Shown here in pieces: positions 14,688 to 21,972 of a stretch of DNA of 41,231 nucleotides. The number at the start of each line of letters is the position of its first letter. Position 1 is the first letter of the stretch. Source of the DNA: Gemmatimonadales bacterium (GTDB lineage Bacteria; Gemmatimonadota; Gemmatimonadetes; Gemmatimonadales; GWC2-71-9); assembly GCA_035249405.1 (NCBI GenBank), contig DATFGN010000037.1, forward strand, positions 1-41,231. The letters run 5' to 3'. The position numbers and the translations under genes are program-made. Under the pieces are notes generated by a model. The model saw nothing but the letters and a program-made list of their open reading frames with translations. It searched no databases and had not been told where the DNA came from.

Positions 14688-17006
14688 TTAGCGCGCAGAC
14701 TCCGAGAACCCGATCCGTCGGTAGACCTGCTGCATCCGCGGATCGCTTTGCAACAACTGGAACGCGGGATAGCGCTTACAATAGATGAGAATGCTGTCGC
14801 GGTCCTCACAGGCCCGCTCGAGCAGCTGGAACGCTTCATCCATGCGACCCACCAAGCCTGCCGCTAGTGCCAACGTCGCACTCTGGATGTACTCGCGCCG
14901 TGCGCGAGCTGTGAGCTCCTCATATATGGCCACCACCTCGGCGCTCTTTCCCAACACGCGGAAGCAAGCCGCTAACGCCGCGAGCGTCGAGGGATGACGG
15001 CCCGATGCCGCCGCCGCCACTTCCAAGGCGGCCATCGCTTCCTCGGTCCGGCCGAGTTGATTGTAGACCACGCCCAGATGGAGATAGGTGAGGAGCATCG
15101 CCGGGCCGAGCTCGGTGGCCCGCTTGAGCGGCGTGAGCGCCTCCTCATAGCGCCCGGCGCCGATCAGCACGCCGGCGAGCTGCGTCACCGGCAACTGCGC
15201 CAGCGGATCGAGCTCCACGGCGCGCCGGGCGTGCATCAGTGCTTCGTCAAAGCGGCCCTCGACCAGGCAGAGATACAACGCGAGCCGGTAATGGGCGGCG
15301 ACGTAGCGCGGACTCAGCTCGATGGCCCGGCGCAGCTCGCGCTCGGCTCCGGGCCACTCCCAGTCGAAGACGAACTTCAGCTCCCCGAGGGCACAATGCG
15401 CCTCCGCCAGATCGGGAGCCAGCTCGAGGGCCCGCTCGATCGCCGCCCGGACTTGGGGCAGGGTCTTGGTGGGCGGGACCATGCCGTACTCCGTCAGCAG
15501 CGTGTAGGCATCAGCCAGGCCCGCATACGCCAGGGCGTAGTTCGGATCGAGTGCCAGCGCCCGGCTGAAACATTCCACGGCCTGCTTCAGCCCCAGGCCC
15601 CGCTGCGCCCAGAAATACCGCCCCTTCAGATAGAGATGGTAGGCGTCCAGATTCGCGGTGGCCGGCGTGACCACCGCCGAGCCGGCACCACGGGTGACCT
15701 GCAGCCGCTCGGCGATCGCTCTCCCGATCTCGTCCTGGATCGCGAAAACGTCCGTCATTTCGCGATCGTAGCGCTCCGACCAGAGATGGTAACCGTCGGC
15801 GACTTTGATGAGCTGGGCCGTGACCCGGAGTTTGCTGCCCGCCTTCCGCACGCTGCCTTCCAGGACGTTGGCGACCTTCAGTCTGGTCCCGACCTCGGCT
15901 AGATCGATTGCCTTGCCGCGGAAACAGAATGACGACGTCCGCGACGCCACGTGCAGCCCGGGGAGCTGGGCGAGCGCGTTGATGATTTCCTCGGTGATCC
16001 CGTCGCTGAAGTACTCGGTGTCGGGATCCGTACTCATGTTGGCAAATGGCAGGACGGCGATGGAGTCCTCGTCGACGTCGTCCGCCTCCGTCTCGTCGTG
16101 GGCCACGAGCGCCGCCGCGAACTGAATTGGGGTCGCAAAGCGATCCGCCGGCGCTTTCTCGAGTGCCCGCAGAATTGCCCGTTCGACGCCGACGGGGACT
16201 GTCGCCCGAACCGCGCGCAGCGGCGGCACGGGCTCGAGCAGCTGGCGGGCGAGAACGGTCTGTGCCGACTTGCCCAGGAACGGCGGCTCGCCCGCGAGCA
16301 TCTCGTACAACACGCACGCTAGGCTATAGGTGTCGCTGCGGCCGTCGATTGGGAGGTCCGTCTCGGACTGTTCCGGGCTCATGTAACCCGGCGTTCCGAT
16401 CCGGACCCGTGTGCCCGTCAATTGGTCGCCTCCGGCCGTCGAAATCGCCCGCGCGATGCCGAAGTCGCTGACCACCGCGTGCCCCGCTTGAAACAGGATG
16501 TTTTCCGGCTTGATGTCGCGGTGCACGACATCGTGGCTATGGGCATAGCTCAAGGCGTCGGCCACCTGGCGGGTGATCTCAAGGGCGTCGCTCAACGGGA
16601 GCTGCTTCTCGCGCTCGAGGCGCCCCCGTAACGTGTCACCCTCCACATACGGCATCACGTAGTACAGGTAGTCGTCGGCCTTGCCCGAGTCGTGCAGCGC
16701 CAGGATGTGAGGATGGTTCAGCCGGGCGGCGGTCTCGATCTCGCGGAGAAACCGCTCCGTGCCGATCTGTGCGGCGAGCTCGGGCAGCAAAACCTTGATG
16801 GCGACCGGGCGACGGTGCTTCAGGTCCTGCGCCAGATACACGGTGGCCATTCCACCGCGGCCGAGCTCACGCTCGACCGTGTAACGGTCTGCGAGGGCTG
16901 CGTGGAGGGAAGCGCGAAGATCGGGCGTATTCGCTCGTGAGTAGCGACGACCGAACTTACGGGCTCTGGTTAGGCACCGCCAGTTTGGATGGTATACACC
17001 GCCCAC
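14688..17006 (-). CDS. Ser/Thr protein kinase with TolB-N-like domain and C-terminal TPR repeats
   Basis: GTG 17006 is the only in-frame start upstream of the kinase domain. Kinase motifs are GRGGMATVYLA, VAIKVL, HRDIKPENI, DFG and MSPEQ. The middle block IAVLPFANMS...YFSDGITEEII...LEGSVRKAGSKLRVTAQLI is TolB-N-like. The C-terminal part has many TPR-like A/L/Y helices. Confidence 0.9.
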   Translation of the reverse strand: MGGVYHPNWRCLTRARKFGRRYSRANTPDLRASLHAALADRYTVERELGRGGMATVYLAQDLKHRRPVAIKVLLPELAAQIGTERFLREIETAARLNHPHILALHDSGKADDYLYYVMPYVEGDTLRGRLEREKQLPLSDALEITRQVADALSYAHSHDVVHRDIKPENILFQAGHAVVSDFGIARAISTAGGDQLTGTRVRIGTPGYMSPEQSETDLPIDGRSDTYSLACVLYEMLAGEPPFLGKSAQTVLARQLLEPVPPLRAVRATVPVGVERAILRALEKAPADRFATPIQFAAALVAHDETEADDVDEDSIAVLPFANMSTDPDTEYFSDGITEEIINALAQLPGLHVASRTSSFCFRGKAIDLAEVGTRLKVANVLEGSVRKAGSKLRVTAQLIKVADGYHLWSERYDREMTDVFAIQDEIGRAIAERLQVTRGAGSAVVTPATANLDAYHLYLKGRYFWAQRGLGLKQAVECFSRALALDPNYALAYAGLADAYTLLTEYGMVPPTKTLPQVRAAIERALELAPDLAEAHCALGELKFVFDWEWPGAERELRRAIELSPRYVAAHYRLALYLCLVEGRFDEALMHARRAVELDPLAQLPVTQLAGVLIGAGRYEEALTPLKRATELGPAMLLTYLHLGVVYNQLGRTEEAMAALEVAAAASGRHPSTLAALAACFRVLGKSAEVVAIYEELTARARREYIQSATLALAAGLVGRMDEAFQLLERACEDRDSILIYCKRYPAFQLLQSDPRMQQVYRRIGFSESAR

Positions 17007-17161
17007 GCTGGTGCCTCGGCGCCGAGCCCGGGAACTCTCATGGGTGAACGTTCGCCGATGTCATGGGATCGCTCGTGCAGCAGTGGCATCCTTGTGCGGT
17101 CTTCGCCGGGTGATAGCTTAGGCTCCCTCCTGCAACATCCCCACCTGAGATTGGAGACATT

Positions 17162-17605
17162 ATGAACCGTCGCATCGCAGCAGGCTTGGCCGCCCTGGCG
17201 CTCGCGTTTCCGCTCCCCGTATTGGCGCAGGCCGGCGCAACCGACCTTCAGAGCCAGATCGCAAAAATGGACCAGGCCTGGCAGACGGCTTACAACGCGG
17301 GGGACGCGGCCGGGCTCGCCGCCCTGTACGCGGAAGATGCTAAAGTCATGGCCCCCGGCGGCGCGGCGGTCTCCGGCCGAGCAGATATCCAGGCCCTGTT
17401 TACGAAGGATATCGCCCGGGGCAGCAAGAATGCCCTGACGACCACGGAAGTGTTTGGTGGCGGCGACTACGCTATCGCCGTGGGTGGCTGGGTGGAAACC
17501 GGCGCCGACGGCGCGCATAAGGACCACGGGTCGTACGTGACGATCTACAAGAAGGTGGGTAATGACTGGAAGATTTACCGTGACACGTGGAACAGCAGCA
17601 TGTAG
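17162..17605 (+). CDS. secreted SnoaL-like / DUF4440 (NTF2-fold) protein
   Basis: SD GGAGA lies 4 nt upstream of the ATG. Signal peptide is MNRRIAAGLAALALAFPLPVLAQA. The blocks WQTAYNAGDAAGLAALYAEDAKVMAP and ...YVTIYKKVGNDWKIYRDTWN are typical of DUF4440/SnoaL-like proteins. Confidence 0.8.
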   Translation: MNRRIAAGLAALALAFPLPVLAQAGATDLQSQIAKMDQAWQTAYNAGDAAGLAALYAEDAKVMAPGGAAVSGRADIQALFTKDIARGSKNALTTTEVFGGGDYAIAVGGWVETGADGAHKDHGSYVTIYKKVGNDWKIYRDTWNSSM

Positions 17606-17626
17606 AAGTAGCACTGCCACTTCAGG

Positions 17627-17662
17627 GAGCCGGGGCTCATTGTCCCGGCTCTCGTCGTTTCT
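17627..17662 (+). terminator. candidate intrinsic terminator after the SnoaL-like gene
   Basis: GAGCCGGG-gctcattgt-CCCGGCTC has an 8-bp stem. It is followed by the T-containing tail TCGTCGTTTCT. Confidence 0.5.
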
Positions 17663-17764
17663 AGGCCTTCATCATTTCGCCCAACGCCCTCACCGACCCG
17701 CTCCTTGTGCGAGCCGGTGCCGGCGGGCAACTTGCCATGCCGCGATGCACCCGTTCCCCTCGCG

Positions 17765-19966
17765 ATGATCGATCTGCAGGAGCTCCGCGCCGCGCTCGCG
17801 CCGGACTACGTCATCGAGCGCGAGCTGGGCCGCGGCGGCATGGCCACCGTGTACCTCGCCCACGAAAGCAAGCACGATCGGCGCGTCGCCATCAAAGTGA
17901 TGCGCCAGGAGATCACCGCTGAGCTCGGCGACGATCGGTTCCTGCGCGAGATCCGCATCGCGGCCCGGCTCTCTCACCCGAACATCGTGCCGCTGCTGGC
18001 TTCGGGAGCAGCGGACTCGGCCCTCTACTATATCATGCCGTTCATCGAGGGGGATTCGCTGCGCGCTCGCCTGGACCGCGAGGGCCGCCTTTCCATCCCC
18101 GCGACGATCCGCATCGCCCGGCAGGTCGCCGCCGCCCTCACCTACGCCCACGCACAAGGTGTGGTGCACCGCGACATCAAGCCGGAAAACATCATGCTCA
18201 CGGGCGACGCCGCCGTGGTCGCCGATTTCGGCATCGCGACGGCCCTCCAGGAGGCGGGCTCGCCCCGGCTCACCCAGACCGGCGTGAGTATCGGCACTCC
18301 GATCTACATGAGCCCCGAGCAGACGACCGGAACCGTGGATGGCCGCAGCGACGTGTACTCACTCGCCTGTGTCGTGTTCGAGATGCTCACCAGTCAACCC
18401 CCGTTCACCGGACCGACTGCGCTGGCGATCATGATGCGGCACGCCACCGAGCCGGTGCCCTCGCTGCAGTCGATTCGCTCGGAAGTCCCGGTCGGCATGG
18501 GGCGGGCACTCGGCCGAGCCCTGAGCAAGATGCCGGCCGATCGGTTCGCCACGCCGGACGAGTTCGTCGCGGCGCTCGAATCGCCGGACGCGACGCACGC
18601 GCCGCCCAGCCCGAACACCGTGGACTCGATCGCGGTCCTGCCCTTCAAAGACCTGAGCCGCGAGCAGGACCAGGCGTATCTCTGCGAAGGGATCGCCGAG
18701 GAGCTGCGCGATGCCCTCATGCGAATGGGCTCGCTGCGCGTCGCTTCGCGACACCTGGACGTGCGCGAGGGCGGGCGGCGACTGGACGTGCGCAGCATCC
18801 TCGAGGGGAGCGTGCGGGTGGCCGGCGACCGGCTCCGCATCTCCGTCACGCTCTCGAGCGTCGAGACCGGCTTCCAGCTCTGGAGCGAGCGCTACGACGA
18901 GGCGATGACCGATGTGTTTCAGGTCCAGGACGACATCGCCCGGCGCGTCGTGGCTCGGCTGCTCCCCGACGCTGACCGCGGCGGCGCCCCGGTCGTCGCA
19001 CCCGGCACCGCCGATCTCGAGGCGTATCGGGCGTACCTGCGGGGCCGCCATTTCGCGCAGCGCCGTACCGCAGCAGATCTAGAGAAAGCGATCGAGTCTT
19101 ATGAAGCCGCGCTGGCCCGCGAGCCCGGCTTCGCGCTTGCCGCCGCCGGCCTGGCGGATACCTGGTTCGTCCTGCCGGTCTACGGGGCGCTGGCACCCGA
19201 TGCCGCGATGCCCAAAGCCAAAGGAGCGATTGAGCGTGCCATGACGCCGGGCCGGGAGAGCGCCGAGGCGCTGGCCGTCCTGGGGTCGATCCGCGCCGTC
19301 TACGAGTGGGACTGGGCCGGCGCGGAGACCGATTTCCGGCGCGCCCTTTCGCTCAGCCCCGGGAATCCGATGGTCCTGCATCGCTACGCGGTGAACTGCC
19401 TGCTGCCGCTCGGACGTTTCGCCGAGGGGCTCGCACGCCTGGAAGAGGCGCTGGAGCGCGACCCCATGTCGCTGCTCGCGGCTACGAGCCTCGGGCTGGT
19501 GCACTACCTCGAACGACGGACGGCCGCGGCCGTGTCGGCCTACCACGGCGTGCTCGAGCTCGATCCCGGTTTCGGGCTGGCGCGCTATCTCCTGGGCGTG
19601 GCGCTGTTGGAAACCGCGACACCCGCCGACGCCGTACCCGTACTCGAAGCCGCCTGCGCCGCAGGACGCAGCGCCGAGTCCGTCGCCGCTCTTGCTGTCG
19701 CCTTCGCGACGGTCGAGCGCACTGAAGACGCCGAACGACTACTCGCAGAGCTCGAGGGTCTGGCGACCACGCGCTACGTGTCACCGGTATTGCTTGCCCA
19801 AGCCCAGTTGGCGCTGCGACGGCCGGAGTTGGCATTGGATCAGCTGGAGCGCGCTTGCGAGCGGCGCGCCTCGGAGCTGGCGTGGCTCGCCGTCCGCCCG
19901 ACCTGGGCTCCGCTGCGCGGCGCTCCCCGATTCCAGGATCTGCTGCGTCGCGTGAAACTCGCGTGA
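17765..19966 (+). CDS. Ser/Thr protein kinase with TolB-N-like domain and TPR repeats (paralog of 14688..17006)
   Basis: Start taken at ATG 17765 (MIDLQELRAALAPDYVIERELGRGGMATVYLA); the longest ORF starts at 17705. Motifs are HRDIKPENI, DFG and MSPEQ. The TolB-N-like block is IAVLPFKDLS...LEGSVRVAGDRLRISVTL. The C-terminus has TPR-like repeats. Confidence 0.9.
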   Translation: MIDLQELRAALAPDYVIERELGRGGMATVYLAHESKHDRRVAIKVMRQEITAELGDDRFLREIRIAARLSHPNIVPLLASGAADSALYYIMPFIEGDSLRARLDREGRLSIPATIRIARQVAAALTYAHAQGVVHRDIKPENIMLTGDAAVVADFGIATALQEAGSPRLTQTGVSIGTPIYMSPEQTTGTVDGRSDVYSLACVVFEMLTSQPPFTGPTALAIMMRHATEPVPSLQSIRSEVPVGMGRALGRALSKMPADRFATPDEFVAALESPDATHAPPSPNTVDSIAVLPFKDLSREQDQAYLCEGIAEELRDALMRMGSLRVASRHLDVREGGRRLDVRSILEGSVRVAGDRLRISVTLSSVETGFQLWSERYDEAMTDVFQVQDDIARRVVARLLPDADRGGAPVVAPGTADLEAYRAYLRGRHFAQRRTAADLEKAIESYEAALAREPGFALAAAGLADTWFVLPVYGALAPDAAMPKAKGAIERAMTPGRESAEALAVLGSIRAVYEWDWAGAETDFRRALSLSPGNPMVLHRYAVNCLLPLGRFAEGLARLEEALERDPMSLLAATSLGLVHYLERRTAAAVSAYHGVLELDPGFGLARYLLGVALLETATPADAVPVLEAACAAGRSAESVAALAVAFATVERTEDAERLLAELEGLATTRYVSPVLLAQAQLALRRPELALDQLERACERRASELAWLAVRPTWAPLRGAPRFQDLLRRVKLA

Positions 19967-21081
19967 GACCCGACGTGGAACTGCGGCGACGCCTGGCGAC
20001 GGACCGCCGCGCTATCGCACAGTCATGGGGCTGCGGAAGGCCTCTCGGTCGGGTGCTCGAGGTGCGGAGCGGGCTCTCGGATCCACATGACGGCGGGCGC
20101 ACCGTCGCGGTCGTACGCTTCGCATCGGGATTGCGCGTCGTCTACAAGCCGCGCCCGGTGGGACTGGAAGCCGCGTTCCATCGCTTGGTGGCCTGGTGGA
20201 ACGAGCGGGCGGGCCCCGTCGCGGTATTCGCGCCAGACGTAGTGGACCGAGGCACTTACGGGTGGATGGAGTTCGTGACGCATGAGGCGTGCATCGATCA
20301 TGAAGCGGCGAGTCGCTATTGGGAGCGCGCTGGGGCGTTGATCGCACTCGCCGACCTGCTTGACGCTACCGACCTGCATCACGGCAACGTCATTGCCCAC
20401 GGGGAATACCCGGTGCTCGTCGATCTCGAAACGCTGCTCCAGCCGCGTCGGCCGCGCGCAGCGCGTTCGCTTCTGAGCACTGGGCTCGTGCCGGCCTGGA
20501 TCCGTGGCCCCGATGGGGGCAGCTACGACGTGAGCGGCTTCGGTGCCATCGCCCCACAGCGATACAAGGGAGCCACGGTCCCAGTGCGCGAGAATGTGGT
20601 TCGGGTCGGAACGGATATCGTCTCAGCTGCCGAGTTTGCCGATCAGATGGAGGCGGGATTTCTTCGCGCGGGAGCGCTGCTGTGCGAGCGGCTGCCGGAG
20701 TTACTCACCCAGTTGCAAGAGTTTCGCGGGCTCGAAGTCCGCGTGATGCTGCGACACACCGAGACCTACCGCGCGGCGATGGAGGACGAGAGTGCGCTTG
20801 GAAGGATGACCGCGGCCGAGCGCGCGGCACTGCGGCGTGGCGACATCCCGCGCTTCGTCGCCTCGACCGATGCGAGCTATGAAGCCTTGATCGCGCGGGT
20901 CAATCGGCTCGATCCGGCGCGCTACGAGGAGCAGGCTCGGCTGCTCAGGACGGCGCTGGTGTTATGGGGTCTGGGTGGCGCGCTGCTTGTGCAGCAGCAC
21001 CATGAAGATGAGGTCAAAAATGGCGGTACCCACGAAAAGAAACAGGACAAACGCGCGCATGCTGGGAGCATTCTCTTGTAG
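19963..21081 (+). CDS. stand-alone DUF4135 (LanM-type lanthipeptide dehydratase/kinase-like) domain protein, no LanC domain
   Basis: GTG 19963 overlaps the kinase stop (GTGA); the ORF is open from 19855. Blocks appear in LanM order: SGLSDPHDGGRTVAVVRFASGLRVVYKPRP, GWMEFV, TDLHHGNVIAHGEYPVLVDLETL, RVMLRHTETY and RRGDIPRF. The last 120 nt overlap the convergent terpene-cyclase gene. Confidence 0.7.
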   Translation: MRPDVELRRRLATDRRAIAQSWGCGRPLGRVLEVRSGLSDPHDGGRTVAVVRFASGLRVVYKPRPVGLEAAFHRLVAWWNERAGPVAVFAPDVVDRGTYGWMEFVTHEACIDHEAASRYWERAGALIALADLLDATDLHHGNVIAHGEYPVLVDLETLLQPRRPRAARSLLSTGLVPAWIRGPDGGSYDVSGFGAIAPQRYKGATVPVRENVVRVGTDIVSAAEFADQMEAGFLRAGALLCERLPELLTQLQEFRGLEVRVMLRHTETYRAAMEDESALGRMTAAERAALRRGDIPRFVASTDASYEALIARVNRLDPARYEEQARLLRTALVLWGLGGALLVQQHHEDEVKNGGTHEKKQDKRAHAGSILL

Positions 21082-21681
21082 CAGAAAGATGTTCGCGAGG
21101 AAGATCACGCAGTTCCCGCTCACGCGGAACCAGGATGCCCCCCAGCCGAGCCCGTGCAGGTCGGGTCGGGCGAACAAAAAGAAGATGAAGAGCAGGCTCA
21201 TCACGAAATTGATGATCAGCCCGCTCAAGGGAGCGGCCGCGTCGGGGTAGAATTGCGCGAACGCGAAGTTGCCCGCCGCGGCGAGCACCAGAGCTCCCAC
21301 CAGCACGAACGGGTAATACTGCCGGATCTGGGCGAACGCCTGCTCGGCACGACCGTAGCGGAACAACTGCCAGACGATGAAGGCATCGAGTGCCACCCAC
21401 GCCAGAATCATGGCGACTTTCACCACATCCACAGTACCGTTGTCGCAGCGCGGCGGCTGCACCAGGCTGTACTGCAGCTCCCAGGTGAAGTTCATCACGA
21501 TGGCGACCAGCGGGAGGCCGTAGGTGCGCTGTCGGAAGCACCGACGGATAATCAGAACGTAGGCGATCGCCCAGCACAGGTCCCCGAAGACCGTGAGGTT
21601 GAGCCAGAAACCATTGTCCAGCAGGTGGTGGGGGAAATCCCCGCGGGGGATTTCCACCACCGCCGCGTGACAAGGGTTCAA
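20962..21681 (-). CDS. Pyr4/PaxB-like transmembrane terpene cyclase (7 TM)
   Basis: About 7 hydrophobic helices are visible. The block RQRTYGLPLVAIVMNFTWELQYS matches my recollection of the conserved (K/R)xRTYGM..x..N(I/F)(A/T)WE(I/F)xY block of fungal Pyr4/PaxB-type cyclases, and the size fits (239 aa). The TTG start at 21681 overlaps the stop of the upstream peptide ORF (TTGA). GTG at 21660 or 21657 are alternative starts. Confidence 0.7.
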   Translation of the reverse strand: MNPCHAAVVEIPRGDFPHHLLDNGFWLNLTVFGDLCWAIAYVLIIRRCFRQRTYGLPLVAIVMNFTWELQYSLVQPPRCDNGTVDVVKVAMILAWVALDAFIVWQLFRYGRAEQAFAQIRQYYPFVLVGALVLAAAGNFAFAQFYPDAAAPLSGLIINFVMSLLFIFFLFARPDLHGLGWGASWFRVSGNCVIFLANIFLLQENAPSMRAFVLFLFVGTAIFDLIFMVLLHKQRATQTP

Positions 21682-21884
21682 GTCGAGATGCCCGCCGCGG
21701 TCCTATAGTGCCCGTTCACCTTTTCCAGGGCTTTCCAGTTGAGTGACTTCAGCGAGCGCTCGAGTTTCGGAGTCGCCTTGACTCCGGCGGCCTTGAGTGC
21801 CTTGGCGGGGCTTCTCTTGAGTTGCGTCCGAAACTTCTTGTTCTTCATCGCCTTGCGGACCAGCTCGTCGAATTTCATCGCCAT
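21678..21884 (-). CDS. 68-aa Lys-rich small protein with NHLP/Nif11-like leader region (candidate RiPP precursor)
   Basis: ATG 21884 is preceded by GGAGGA with a 7-nt spacer. The sequence is MAMKFDELVRKAMKNKKFRTQLKRSPAKALKAAGVKATPKLERSLKSLNWKALEKVNGHYRTAAGIST. Residues ~5-42 resemble the NHLP leader consensus as I recall it (..IIAKAWKDxxFKQELLxNPKAALxKEFGVKLPEG..). The ORF-track version (21995) is an N-terminal over-extension. Confidence 0.6.
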   Translation of the reverse strand: MAMKFDELVRKAMKNKKFRTQLKRSPAKALKAAGVKATPKLERSLKSLNWKALEKVNGHYRTAAGIST

Positions 21885-21972
21885 GGGATCTTCCTCCAAG
21901 GTTCGAAGCGAGTGTGGAGTTGCGGCACTAATCGCGCGGACAACGTTTACCCCAAGCGCTCGGGGTGTCAAC

